Source: an uncultured Rikenellaceae bacterium
Lineage (GTDB): Bacteria; Bacteroidota; Bacteroidia; Bacteroidales; VadinHA17
DNA length: 64,000 nt
Direction of reading: 5' to 3'
Assembly (NCBI GenBank): GCA_964466705.1
Contig: CAYXSM010000009.1
Location: 44,308-108,307, forward strand
Part shown: one piece after another, positions 10,503 through 20,493 of the stretch
Layout: every line of letters starts with the position of its first letter
How positions within the stretch are numbered: the first letter of the stretch is position 1
The notes under the pieces: model-generated
The model's input: only the letters and a program-made list of their open reading frames with translations
What the model was told of the DNA's origin: nothing
Databases searched by the model: none
Translations under genes and position numbers: made by a program

Positions 10503-12272
10503 ATGAGAGAATTTTTAAATATCGTCATAACTGTCGGATCAACTTTTATGATACTTTTATATTCTTGTAGTTCAGCTAATAATACTGACATGATACTTCA
10601 TAACGGAAAGATCATTACGGTTGATGATTCTTTTTCTATAGCACAGGCTGTCGCGATTGAGAATGCCAGGATCATTGCTGTAGGGACAGATGCTGAAATA
10701 GGTAAGCTTGCAAGAAAAACTACAAAGATTATAGACCTCGGGGGCAGAAGTGTAATCCCGGGACTGATTGACGCACATCTTCATCCTGAATCGGCTTCAC
10801 TGAGTGAACTTGACGATGCAATTCCTGATCTTCATTCAATAGCAGATTTGCTGGACTGGATAAAAAAGCAGACTGAAATAAGGGATAAGAACGAATGGAT
10901 CATTCATCCCAAGCTTTTTTTTACCCGTCTGCGCGATATGAGACAACCCGGTCTTGAAGAGCTTGATGAAGCTGCACCTGAAAATCCCGTATTCCTGAAC
11001 GGGTCATTTGGCGGGATGATCAACTCTCGGGCAATGGAGATTTCAGGCATTGATGAAAAAATAAATCATCCCGGCATTATCCGCAATATGGAGACCGGCC
11101 GTCTGACCGGTTTTATTAGAGCTTCAGCATTTGATATGCTAAGGCTTCCCCAAAAAAGAATGCTCAAATATGAGCAGAGACTGGATGCTCTTGAGGAAAT
11201 GCTCTGTCGCTATAACCGCCTGGGTATAACCAGTCTGGGTGTGGGGTCGGGCGATCAGCAGACACTGGCTGTTTACCATGACATGCATGAAAGAGGTAAA
11301 CTTACTGTCAGGATTTTTCTGAATATTCTGCTAAGCCCGGGCAAGGAGAACAGCCTTGTACAACTGCTCGATTCACCGGTATTATCAGAGTCCTCAACCG
11401 GCTCAGGTAACGAGTGGGTAAGAACAGGTGCACTCAAGTTGATACTCGACGGAGGAATACTGACAGGAACGGCATATCTCAGCGAACCGTGGGGCGATAA
11501 GGCTGCCAGTATTTTCGGAATTGAAGACAAAACCTACCGCGGCATAATTAATTATTCCCGCGATGAAGTTAAAAGGACGGTGCTTTCAGCTCTTGAAAAT
11601 AACTGGAAATTTACGGCCCACAGTACCGGAAGCGGAGGCGTTGACATGCTTCTGAGTGTCTTTGAGGAAGTGAATATGAAAATCCCGGTAAAAGGGAAAA
11701 GATTTTCCATAATTCATGGGAACTTTTATACAAAAGATGCAATCAGAAAGATGAGTGAGCTTGGTGTCTATGCCGACATGCAGGCAGCCTGGTTCTATAA
11801 AGACGCTGATGCCGTGAAACTGATACTGGGCGACGACCGGCTCAAAAACTTTCATCCTTATAACTCAATGTTTAAAGCTGGTGTCATGATAAACGGAGGA
11901 TCAGATCATATGGTGAAATGGGATGCCAACACATCAATAAATCCTTATAATCCTTTTCTGGCTATGTGGTCGATGATAACACGCACAACAGAAAAAGGAA
12001 CAGTAATTCTTCCGGAGGAGGCAGTCTCCAGGGAAGAAGCCCTGAAAATTTACACTATCAATAACGCATATGCATCCTTCGAGGAAGATATAAAGGGGAC
12101 CATAGAACCAGGCAAACTTGCAGACATGGCTGTGCTTTCAGAAGATATCCTTACCTGCCCGGCCGGCCAGATAAAAAATATAGTCTCTGAACTGACAATT
12201 ACCGGAGGAAGGATTGTATATTCTTCCGGTAAACTTCAAAGTGGCTCGTCAAATTCATCGAAGACTTTTTAA
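10503..12272 (+). CDS. Amidohydrolase family protein (YtcJ-like, Amidohydro_3), lipoprotein
   Basis: 589 aa. N-terminus MILLYSCSS is lipobox-like, GLIDAHLHP is the HxH metal site, and GGSDH occurs near the C-terminus. Length and layout are typical of YtcJ-like metal-dependent hydrolases. Confidence 0.85.
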   Translation: MREFLNIVITVGSTFMILLYSCSSANNTDMILHNGKIITVDDSFSIAQAVAIENARIIAVGTDAEIGKLARKTTKIIDLGGRSVIPGLIDAHLHPESASLSELDDAIPDLHSIADLLDWIKKQTEIRDKNEWIIHPKLFFTRLRDMRQPGLEELDEAAPENPVFLNGSFGGMINSRAMEISGIDEKINHPGIIRNMETGRLTGFIRASAFDMLRLPQKRMLKYEQRLDALEEMLCRYNRLGITSLGVGSGDQQTLAVYHDMHERGKLTVRIFLNILLSPGKENSLVQLLDSPVLSESSTGSGNEWVRTGALKLILDGGILTGTAYLSEPWGDKAASIFGIEDKTYRGIINYSRDEVKRTVLSALENNWKFTAHSTGSGGVDMLLSVFEEVNMKIPVKGKRFSIIHGNFYTKDAIRKMSELGVYADMQAAWFYKDADAVKLILGDDRLKNFHPYNSMFKAGVMINGGSDHMVKWDANTSINPYNPFLAMWSMITRTTEKGTVILPEEAVSREEALKIYTINNAYASFEEDIKGTIEPGKLADMAVLSEDILTCPAGQIKNIVSELTITGGRIVYSSGKLQSGSSNSSKTF

Positions 12273-12343
12273 ATGTTGCTATTGGACCTCTTAAAAAGTA
12301 TTAGATTACCCCTTAAAAGAATAGCATCCAGACTGTCAATAAG

Positions 12344-12364
12344 TCTCCCCAACGGGGGATTTTG
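12344..12364 (+). terminator. Weak intrinsic terminator candidate after the amidohydrolase gene
   Basis: TCCCC-AACG-GGGGA followed by TTTTG, about 70 nt after the stop at 12272. The stem is only 5 bp. Confidence 0.3.
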
Positions 12365-12830
12365 TAGTTAAAAAAAGTATTTAATTTTTTCAACACTCTG
12401 ATTTAAAAGCTCCTGGTTTCGATTATAGCATAAATCACTTTTCACGGAGTTCATACCCCGGAGAACCATTTAACGGCATTCTTGTATCAGATCTTTATAA
12501 TAACCTCTCAGGACAGCTTCAATCTTTTAAATTCTCCTTTAAGTTCCAATGAAGGCATTATTGAATCAGTTGCAAGGAATTTCCAGTCGTGCATCCCGAT
12601 CGAATGGACTTCTGCCTTCTCCTTTTCAGCCTCGTGGGATGTGTTTCTCCCACTATCTCTATGCCGGCATCAAAAGAAGGTCTGATATCAATTTCATCGA
12701 CCAGGCAGTCATTTTCTGCCTTAATCCTTATCCGGTACTTCCCTGCAGGCAGGTTATTGAGGTATGCAAACACAAATCCTTCCCCAGGCCGGGCATCCCT
12801 GCGACAGATATCTAATGCATCATGGCCGGT

Positions 12831-13829
12831 TTATGTCCCTGCGTAGACCAGAAGGGCAAGTCCTGCAAGATAGAAAAGGAACATCAGGAATATCAGGGTA
12901 TTCACTTTTCCGGTAGCTCCTTTAAATTCTTTCCATATAAAAACCCCCCATAATGCAGCTATAAGCGTGGCGCCCTGACCCAGCCCGTATGAAATGGCAA
13001 ATCCTGCCTTACCGGCAGCAATTATGCTCATAGCCATACCGATATTCCAGATTATACCTCCCAGAATGCCGGTAAAATGTACGCCAATACTGCCTTTAGC
13101 ATAATCTTTGAAGGAAAGCGGTTTCCCTTCAAAGGGCTTCTTCATAATGATGTAGTTGAACAGCAGGTTGCTTATAAAGACACCTGTTGCGAAAAAGAAA
13201 ACAGCAGAGTAGGGGGTAAGCTTTCCTGCTTCGGGGTTTGCAAAATCAGTGGCCATGGAACTGGCAACGAAGCGGTAAAAGAGTGACATAAGAACACCTG
13301 CTGCAACAGACAGCATAATACCCTTTCCAGATACTTTTTTTAATGAAGTGCTGTGTTTTTTATAGGCCAGCGCATCGGTTAATATTGCTGCTACAACCAG
13401 TCCTACTCCGGTAAAAAGCAACACCGGATCGCCTTTTGGTACAGCAATATAGTTGATAATTACCCCTAAAGCCAACGCAATGCCGACACCAACGGGAAAT
13501 GCCAGCGCCATGCCGGCTATGGCCATGGCTGCAACGAGGAGTATGTTTGATGCGTTGAAGATTACTCCTCCCAGAAACGCGTTAAGGATATTACCTGATT
13601 CGGCCTGGGAGATGTCCCTGACAAAACCCCTCCCTTCTTCCCCTGTACTTCCCAGGGTGAAGCCGAGTATAAGAGAGAACAAAAGGATGCCTGCGACATA
13701 GTCCCAGTAATAAAGCTCAAACCTCCAGGTTTTGCCTGACAGCTTCTGGGTATTGCCCCACGATCCCCAGCATAGCATTGTGACTATACAGAGAATTACA
13801 GCGAATGAATAGGTCTGCGGAATAAACAT
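12831..13829 (-). CDS. GRP-family (GlcU/RbsU-like, DMT superfamily) sugar uptake permease
   Basis: 332 aa and very hydrophobic, about 10 TM segments. The N-terminus TMLCWGSWGNTQKL is typical of GRP sugar transporters. It is the last gene of the rbsK-ARH-transporter string. Confidence 0.75.
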   Translation of the reverse strand: MFIPQTYSFAVILCIVTMLCWGSWGNTQKLSGKTWRFELYYWDYVAGILLFSLILGFTLGSTGEEGRGFVRDISQAESGNILNAFLGGVIFNASNILLVAAMAIAGMALAFPVGVGIALALGVIINYIAVPKGDPVLLFTGVGLVVAAILTDALAYKKHSTSLKKVSGKGIMLSVAAGVLMSLFYRFVASSMATDFANPEAGKLTPYSAVFFFATGVFISNLLFNYIIMKKPFEGKPLSFKDYAKGSIGVHFTGILGGIIWNIGMAMSIIAAGKAGFAISYGLGQGATLIAALWGVFIWKEFKGATGKVNTLIFLMFLFYLAGLALLVYAGT

Positions 13830-14027
13830 ATTTTTTAAATTAGAAGATAAAATTTCGTGATAGCTATGTTAAGTATGTCTGATGATTATGTTCAGGATCA
13901 ATCGCAAGGCCTGTTATCAAATACCAATTCCTTTCAAATGAACTGATTTCTTGTTTCACTTTATGTCGCGAAGATCAAGGAGCATTTTGCAAAAGACATT
14001 ACCGATCCCTGTCTGCTGAATTATAAA

Positions 14028-15644
14028 TTAATTTTCAAAGGAAAATCTGAAGTTTTCATTCTTCTTAGGTTCAGTTTTAAATATTGTTGCAGAGGTGATA
14101 TAAACCCTTGTTCCTTCAGATTCCGGGCGTTTTTCGCCCCTGACAACAATTTTTACAGTATGATTACCTGGCTCAAGGTTCATTATATGCCAGATACTTT
14201 CCGTATGTTGCTGGCCTGCAAAATAATAATATGTATCGATGGTGCGGTGAAAGATACCATCGACATAGATATCAGCCTTTCCACCGTCCTTGTACCAGTT
14301 GCCTGTAAGCGAAACGCCTGTCCCTGAAAATGATAATTCCAGCTCGTCGCCCTTCTTTTCAGCATATAAAGACTGTTTTCTTACCCTGTTATCATTTCCG
14401 GTTACTTCATATGCTTTCCATCCGCCTTTAAAGGACCATGGTCCTTTTTCAAACACCGGGATTTTTCTGTCAAATACCGTGTTGGGAAAAGACACTTTAA
14501 GCGGTGGCGGAACCGGAAGCTGTGTTTGTATATTTATCTTATCCCCACGTATTTTGCCGCCATCAGCACGAATCAGCTCCAATGCATAGTCATAAGTGCT
14601 GCTTACTGCTGTATTAAAAGAATAAGTTGTATTAATGAACAATGAATCACCAATCGAGGCAACAGCCTCCTGCATTTCTGCAGGCAGCCCTGTCAGCCCT
14701 TTTATAACACCCAGAACGGCCATGGCGTTCGAAGGATTACAGTCTGAATCCTGGCCGCACCGTGTTGACACCTCAAGTGTTTTCACCGGGTCTCCATCAC
14801 CGTAGAGGAGTCCCATCAGGATATAGGCACCGTTTAACTTTGCATCAATGTTGAAAGGATCTCCAGCGCCGCATATGTCAACATCTCCCCATTTATTTTC
14901 AAGTTCCTGCCATGCGGCTCTCCAATCATCCGGATAATGACCGTGAAGTTTCAGGACGTCAGTCAGGATGCTGTAATAATCACTTCCTGCAGGCAGGGAC
15001 AACAATGCTTTTTCAACAATTTTCCTGATGTCCGACTCAAAAAAAGCTTCGGAATACAGAGCAGCCACAAATACTCCCCCGTAAACGCCATCCCCATAAT
15101 TCATAATATGCCCGATTCTTTCAGCTATTTCCGTAGCTGTGGCCGGCATGCCCGGACACATGAATCCGATATAGTCAGCTTCTATCTGAAAGTCAATATC
15201 ATCAGCGTGGATATTGTATTCCGGATTTCCTGAAAGAGGAGCGAATATGCTGTCGTAATAGTTTTTTCTTGCCTGCATATTTGCATGCCACAACGGATAG
15301 CCTGCTTTGGCGAACATTTCGTGGATTTTTTTTACGGGTGCATCAATTCCGTATTTGTCCATAGCCATAAGAAATGTGAGCTGTACGTAAATATCATCCT
15401 GCCAGAGGCTCCCTCTGATGTCCGAAGGCTTCCAGTTTATCGGATCCTCGTAAGTTGTCCCGCGGGCCCGGAATTCTGTCGGGGCACCATAAGTGACACC
15501 AATCATTTTGCCTGCCCAGCCTCCGGCAATTTTATCCCTTAGGACATCAGCCTTAATGGTTTTGACCTCATCAGGTCGCGGTTTGCATCTGGCAAAGGCA
15601 ATGCACGAAAGGGCAAGAATGAGAATTATTGTAACTTTTTTCAT
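14028..15644 (-). CDS. ADP-ribosylglycohydrolase-family protein, exported, with a C-terminal beta-sandwich extension
   Basis: 538 aa. Signal/lipobox MKKVTIILILALSCIAFARC. GGWAGKMIGVTYGAPTEF and the CGQDSDCNPSNA Asp cluster are typical of the ARH fold. The last 150 aa or so (NWYKDGGKADIYVDG...GNHTVKIVVRG) look like a carbohydrate-binding-type sandwich. Confidence 0.8.
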   Translation of the reverse strand: MKKVTIILILALSCIAFARCKPRPDEVKTIKADVLRDKIAGGWAGKMIGVTYGAPTEFRARGTTYEDPINWKPSDIRGSLWQDDIYVQLTFLMAMDKYGIDAPVKKIHEMFAKAGYPLWHANMQARKNYYDSIFAPLSGNPEYNIHADDIDFQIEADYIGFMCPGMPATATEIAERIGHIMNYGDGVYGGVFVAALYSEAFFESDIRKIVEKALLSLPAGSDYYSILTDVLKLHGHYPDDWRAAWQELENKWGDVDICGAGDPFNIDAKLNGAYILMGLLYGDGDPVKTLEVSTRCGQDSDCNPSNAMAVLGVIKGLTGLPAEMQEAVASIGDSLFINTTYSFNTAVSSTYDYALELIRADGGKIRGDKINIQTQLPVPPPLKVSFPNTVFDRKIPVFEKGPWSFKGGWKAYEVTGNDNRVRKQSLYAEKKGDELELSFSGTGVSLTGNWYKDGGKADIYVDGIFHRTIDTYYYFAGQQHTESIWHIMNLEPGNHTVKIVVRGEKRPESEGTRVYITSATIFKTEPKKNENFRFSFEN

Positions 15645-15675
15645 AGGGTAAATAGGTTATAATGTTTACATATGA

Positions 15676-16575
15676 TCACTGAATTTCATTTCTGTAGGGT
15701 GCTGACGCCTGAGCCCCCATACGTGTTACTGATATTGAGGCAGCCCTGTTTGCAAAATCTACCGCACTCGCGAGATCTTTTCCTTCAGCAACGGCAACAG
15801 CAAGGGCTCCGTTAAATACATCTCCTGCAGCCGTTGTGTCAACTGCTTTAACAGGCACGACAGGCATCATCAACGAAGTATCCTGATTAAGCAGGAAGGC
15901 ACCGGATGCCCCCATGGTAATGATCACGTTCTTAACACCCTTCTCGAGAAGTTTCTCGGCTGCCTTGTGAGCCGATAAGACATTTTCCACTTTTATGCCT
16001 GTAAGTATCTCAGCTTCAACTTTATTCGGGGTAAGAGCGAAGATGGTTTGAAGCAGGTCAGGGCTCAGTTGTTTTGCCGGAGCAGGATTAAGTATAACCC
16101 TGTTCCCTTTTTCATTTGCTTTTTCTGCAACGAACTCAACAGTGCTGACCGGTATCTCAAGCTGCATGAGATAAACGTCGTTCTCACCGGCAAGATATAC
16201 ATCATCATTGATATCATATGCTGAAAGTGTTGCATTCGAACCGGGAGCTACTACGATACAGTTTTCCCCGTTTTCATCGACAGTGATCAAAGCCACTCCT
16301 GAAGGATTATTTTTATCCTTGATGATAAATCTGGTATCGATGCCCTCCTTTTCAAAAAGAGACTTTGCCTGTTCCCCGAAGAGATCATTGCCTGTTTTTG
16401 TAACAAATGTTACATTTCCATTAAGTCTTGCAGCAGCAACGGCCTGATTAGCTCCTTTTCCGCCGGGATTCATAAGGAAAATGCCCCCGAGTATAGTTTC
16501 TCCGGGAGAGGGTATCCTTTTGGATTTTACGACCATATCGGTGTTTGAGCTTCCGATGACAATGATTCTGTTCAT
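15676..16575 (-). CDS. rbsK: Ribokinase
   Basis: 299 aa. IVIGSSNTDMV, GGKGANQAVAAARL and DTTAAGDVFNGALA are PfkB/ribokinase signatures. Confidence 0.9.
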   Translation of the reverse strand: MNRIIVIGSSNTDMVVKSKRIPSPGETILGGIFLMNPGGKGANQAVAAARLNGNVTFVTKTGNDLFGEQAKSLFEKEGIDTRFIIKDKNNPSGVALITVDENGENCIVVAPGSNATLSAYDINDDVYLAGENDVYLMQLEIPVSTVEFVAEKANEKGNRVILNPAPAKQLSPDLLQTIFALTPNKVEAEILTGIKVENVLSAHKAAEKLLEKGVKNVIITMGASGAFLLNQDTSLMMPVVPVKAVDTTAAGDVFNGALAVAVAEGKDLASAVDFANRAASISVTRMGAQASAPYRNEIQ

Positions 16576-16643
16576 GGGTTTTCAAATGGTTTGCTTTCAG
16601 ATTCTAAGATAGAATTTTCCTTTTGACTTTTTCCCGCCGGAAT

Positions 16644-16680
16644 AAAAAAAAGCTGCTGTAAAAATTAATTCACAGCAGCC
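16644..16680 (-). terminator. Rho-independent terminator ending the KDG operon
   Basis: The minus strand reads GCTGCTGT-gaattaattttt-ACAGCAGC followed by TTTTTTTT, about 25 nt after the stop of the YhcH-family gene (16703). Confidence 0.7.
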
Positions 16681-16702
16681 GGTTCAAATACCAGAAATTT
16701 TA

Positions 16703-17158
16703 TCAGTCGATCCTTACTTTGACCACCACTTTTTTCACCGGACCCGGCTTATCTTCCGGAGCTACTTTTGGCTGATGAGCATCCTCCGGGAAGAAGATAC
16801 TGTACGAACCTTTTGTAAGGGTAACATAATCGCCTGTACCGCTAAGGATTGCAACATCTTTTTCAGGATTATACTCTGTAAGTACCTGCATGTTATCAAT
16901 ATGGGTAAAGCCAATTTTCTCAATCCCCTCTGCTATATACTGAATATCAATATAATTGCGGTGGCATTCCCACTTTCCCTTTTCTTTTGGCACTGAATCA
17001 TATTCCTGGACAAGGACAAACAGGTTGATTCCGTCCAGTTCAATACGTCCCGGCTCCATTGAAGAAAAATCTGTTCCTGCAATAAAGTCGAGAGCAGTTT
17101 TTATCCTGGGAGAAATTGCTCCATAGATTTTCCTGTTTTTGATCACATCTGCTATCAT
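16703..17158 (-). CDS. YhcH/YjgK/YiaL (DUF386, EbgC-like cupin) family protein
   Basis: The track ORF (to 17254) overlaps eda by 47 nt. Met at 17158 (MIADVIKNRKIYG) gives 151 aa, the usual size. WECHRNYIDIQYIAEGIE and IFFPEDAHQP are typical of this family. Confidence 0.8.
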   Translation of the reverse strand: MIADVIKNRKIYGAISPRIKTALDFIAGTDFSSMEPGRIELDGINLFVLVQEYDSVPKEKGKWECHRNYIDIQYIAEGIEKIGFTHIDNMQVLTEYNPEKDVAILSGTGDYVTLTKGSYSIFFPEDAHQPKVAPEDKPGPVKKVVVKVRID

Positions 17159-17207
17159 CTTACTGTGTTTTTGGTTATCTACTAACTTTACGGGACTGAA
17201 GCAGCAG

Positions 17208-17897
17208 TTAAATCCTCGAAGGGTACTGCTGTCTGAGCCTTCTGACAAGTGCAACGGCCTCTTTTACGTCCTGTTCAATTTGTTTGAAATCCTTTGCCTT
17301 AACAAGTTCTGATTTGATAAGCTTTGATCCCATTCCAACACATACGGCTCCAGCCTTGAACCATTCCGTGAGGTTTGACTCCGTTGGTTCAACACCACCT
17401 GTTGGCATTATTTGTGTCCAGGGCATGGGGCCTTTAATGGCTGCCACAAATTTAGGTCCGCCAACCTGCGATCCCGGGAATATTTTTACTATTTCGGCGC
17501 CAAGCGCTTCGGCCCGGGATATTTCTGAAGCAGACCCGCAGCCGGGAGACCATAATACCTTCCTTCTGTTAAGCACGTCAGCCATTTCTTCATTCAATAT
17601 CGGAGAAACAATAAAGTTTGACCCCAGTTGAACATAGAGAACAGCTGTCGGGGCATCAATTACTGATCCTGTTCCCAGGATCATATCCGGGAATTCCGCA
17701 GCGGCAAACTTGTTTATCTGCTCAAACACTACATGAGCATAATCACCTCTGTTGGTGAATTCGAACAACCTTATGCCTCCATTGTAACATGCTTCGAGCA
17801 CTTTTTTGCATACTTCCGCATCGCTGTTGAAAAAGACCGGGATCATCCCCTCTTCTGCCATTCTAAGGGCAACCTGTATTCTTGTAAATCTTGCCAT
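17208..17897 (-). CDS. eda: Bifunctional KHG/KDPG aldolase
   Basis: 229 aa. GGIRLFEFTNR, VKIFPG and MPTGGV are characteristic of class I Eda aldolases. Adjacent to kdgK. Confidence 0.9.
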   Translation of the reverse strand: MARFTRIQVALRMAEEGMIPVFFNSDAEVCKKVLEACYNGGIRLFEFTNRGDYAHVVFEQINKFAAAEFPDMILGTGSVIDAPTAVLYVQLGSNFIVSPILNEEMADVLNRRKVLWSPGCGSASEISRAEALGAEIVKIFPGSQVGGPKFVAAIKGPMPWTQIMPTGGVEPTESNLTEWFKAGAVCVGMGSKLIKSELVKAKDFKQIEQDVKEAVALVRRLRQQYPSRI

Positions 17898-17967
17898 CCT
17901 CGAGTGTATTATTTTTTTACAGAGTTAAAATTCAAATAAAGTAATTTCCGGTTTAAGAGTGCTTTGT

Positions 17968-19005
17968 CTATCTGGAAACACGTCCGGAAGCATCTCCTCC
18001 CATCAGATTTTCAACCTCTTTGACAGTAACAAGGTTGAAATCACCGTTTATGGTATGCTTAAGACATGATGCAGCCACTGCAAAATTCAAAGCACGCTGA
18101 TCATCTCCGGGGTAAGTTATAAGTCCGTATATCAGTCCGCCCATAAAACTGTCACCCCCGCCTACCCTGTCAACTATATGTGTTATATCATACAGAGGAG
18201 CTTCGTAAAGCCTGTTGCCGTCAAACAGAACACCTGACCATGTGTTATGGTTGGCATTTATTGAACCGCGAAGTGTGATGATAACCTTACTGGCCTTGGG
18301 AAATTTCTTCATAAGCTGTCGGCATACCGATTCATAGGCGGCAGCCTCAACATGTCCCTTTGTTACGTCCACTCCTTCCGGGTGAATTCCGAATACCTTT
18401 TCGGCATCTTCTTCATTCCCCAGGATGATATCACAGCCTGATACCAGATCGGGCATGACCTCAGGGGCCTTTTTACCCCATTTCCAGAGATTTTTCCTGA
18501 AATTCAAATCAGTGGATACTGTTATTCCCTTTTTATTAGCGGCATCAATTGCCTCTTTGCATACAAGGGCTGCCCCTTCAGATATTGCGGGAGTAATGCC
18601 TGTCCAGTGAAACCATGTCACATCAGCAAAAACCGAATCCCAGTTTATCATTCCTGGCTTTATCTCGGCTATAGCTGAATTTGCCCGGTCGTAAATAACT
18701 TTGCTTGGACGGGCAACAGCTCCGGTTTCGAGATAATAAATACCAACGCGGCTCCCTCCGTAAATGATTTTTTCGGTGCCAACGTTATATCTGCGCAGGT
18801 CCATTACACATGCGTTTGCAATGTCATTTTCAGGCAGACGGGTAACATAATCAACCTTGAGGCCGAAATTAGCCAGAGATACCGCAACATTTGCTTCTCC
18901 TCCTCCAAATGAGGCATTAAACTGCTTTATCTGGCTGAAACGCTCAAACCCCGGAGTGGCAAGTCTGAGCATAATCTCACCGAATGTTACTATTCTGTTT
19001 TCCAT
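17968..19005 (-). CDS. kdgK: 2-dehydro-3-deoxygluconokinase (PfkB family)
   Basis: 345 aa. FGEIMLRL, FGGGEANVAVSLANFG and the C-terminal VGGGDSFMGGLIYG PfkB signature. Layout is typical of Bacteroidota KdgK. Confidence 0.88.
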   Translation of the reverse strand: MENRIVTFGEIMLRLATPGFERFSQIKQFNASFGGGEANVAVSLANFGLKVDYVTRLPENDIANACVMDLRRYNVGTEKIIYGGSRVGIYYLETGAVARPSKVIYDRANSAIAEIKPGMINWDSVFADVTWFHWTGITPAISEGAALVCKEAIDAANKKGITVSTDLNFRKNLWKWGKKAPEVMPDLVSGCDIILGNEEDAEKVFGIHPEGVDVTKGHVEAAAYESVCRQLMKKFPKASKVIITLRGSINANHNTWSGVLFDGNRLYEAPLYDITHIVDRVGGGDSFMGGLIYGLITYPGDDQRALNFAVAASCLKHTINGDFNLVTVKEVENLMGGDASGRVSR

Positions 19006-19045
19006 ATATATATGTTTTTGTAAATAATATTAAAGCTTATAATGG

Positions 19046-20383
19046 TTACTGCTTTGCGACTACAGGTTCTGTTCCGGCAGCTTCAGCGGCAGCCCTGGCT
19101 TCCGCCATTTCTTCCCTGGTAGGCCTGGTTCTCCACCAGCTTGCAAGTGTTGAACCGGTAACATTCATCAGTGGTCCGTAAATGGCAGGAGCAAGTCCTA
19201 TAGTTGCAATATTACCCATTGTCAGGGCGAGGCCGGAAGCTAAACCTCCGTTTGACATACTTACCTCGAAAGCAAGTGTTCTGCAATCCTTTTCAGGTAA
19301 TCTGAAGAGCCGGCCGGCATTGTATCCGAAGAAATAACCACCCAGGTTCTGCAAGGTGACAACAAGTAAAAGCAATGCCCCTACTGCCAGAAGACTTTCC
19401 TGTCCGGCGGCAGTAATAACTGTTACTATCACTGCAATTCCGACCATGGAAAGAAGCGAAAGGATCTTTTTCTGAAGCTTTACGTCCCCTTTAAGAAAAT
19501 GACGGAAAAGCATCGCGGCGACTATCGGAAGAACGATCCACAGGGCAAGCGATTTGGCTGAGGCGATTAAATATCCAGAAAAGCCAACCTGATTGACTTT
19601 AAGATAGATAAGGTTACAGAGCAGGATTGTTACGGCATATGCCAGGAGCTGTATGTTCCTCGAACGTCTGGTTTTGTCACCTGCATTTATCATATTGAAG
19701 ATAAAGCCTGCAATGATCGGGAATATCATCATGTTTATTATATCCATCATCATGCTCCATATATTTATTGCAACATACTGACCTCCAATGATTTTCATCA
19801 AGAATGGTGTAACAACCGGAGCTACAATGGTCGTTACGGCGCTTACGGCAACTGCAAGCACCAGGTTAGCATTACACAGCAATGACATTACATTTGAGGC
19901 AAGACCGTTGGGAACACAGCCTACAAGGATTATACCTGCAGCAATTTCGGGAGGGAAATGAAAGACTTTTACAATCAGCAGTGCTGTCAGAGGCATTATG
20001 GTGTAATGTCCGAAAAAACCGACCAGAACCCCTTTCGGCACTTTTATTACCCCTGCAAAATCATCAAAACTCATTTGTGAACCCATTCCAAACATAATTA
20101 TCTGAAGCAACGGTACTATCAGGGCAGTTGTTTTAAAATTTCCATACGAAAGAAATAGCTGGGGATAGAACATTGCGGCAGCTACGGCTGTAAACATCCA
20201 CATGGTGAAGGATAATCCCTTTGTAGCCTGAAATCCCTTGACTGCAAATGATAGTATTATGAACATTAATATGAGCAATGGTCCTGAGGCTCCGCCTTTA
20301 CCGGCAATTGCCATACCAATCACAATTAAAAGCAACAGCAGGGCAACTCCAAGACCTGCCTTGTAAAAATTGATTTTTTTCAT
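19046..20383 (-). CDS. Bile acid:sodium symporter (BASS/SBF-like) family transporter
   Basis: 445 aa with 10 or more TM segments. GCVPNGLASNVMSLLCNANLVLAVAVSAVTT resembles the BASS core motif. It has an Ala/Glu-rich cytoplasmic tail and is the first gene of the kdgK-eda operon. Confidence 0.7.
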   Translation of the reverse strand: MKKINFYKAGLGVALLLLLIVIGMAIAGKGGASGPLLILMFIILSFAVKGFQATKGLSFTMWMFTAVAAAMFYPQLFLSYGNFKTTALIVPLLQIIMFGMGSQMSFDDFAGVIKVPKGVLVGFFGHYTIMPLTALLIVKVFHFPPEIAAGIILVGCVPNGLASNVMSLLCNANLVLAVAVSAVTTIVAPVVTPFLMKIIGGQYVAINIWSMMMDIINMMIFPIIAGFIFNMINAGDKTRRSRNIQLLAYAVTILLCNLIYLKVNQVGFSGYLIASAKSLALWIVLPIVAAMLFRHFLKGDVKLQKKILSLLSMVGIAVIVTVITAAGQESLLAVGALLLLVVTLQNLGGYFFGYNAGRLFRLPEKDCRTLAFEVSMSNGGLASGLALTMGNIATIGLAPAIYGPLMNVTGSTLASWWRTRPTREEMAEARAAAEAAGTEPVVAKQ

Positions 20384-20485
20384 TTCAGGTTTTTTAGTAA
20401 TTTAAGTTGAATGATTTTCACAGGTGAGATAATATTGTCTGGTATCACAAATGATCAGTTATTTCAAGTATTTCCATGGATCAGA

Positions 20486-20493
20486 CAAATATA
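20486..20493 (-). promoter_or_regulatory. Candidate -7 box (TATATTTG on minus strand) for the BASS-kdgK-eda operon
   Basis: CAAATATA on the plus strand, about 100 nt upstream of the ATG at 20383. Short motif, weak evidence. Confidence 0.3.

Noticed and set aside
12482-12846. Cluster of four overlapping 67-88-aa ORFs on both strands
   Set aside because: They overlap each other in a gap between convergent genes. Only the minus-strand fragment has any protein-like character, and it is reported as a possible remnant rather than a gene.
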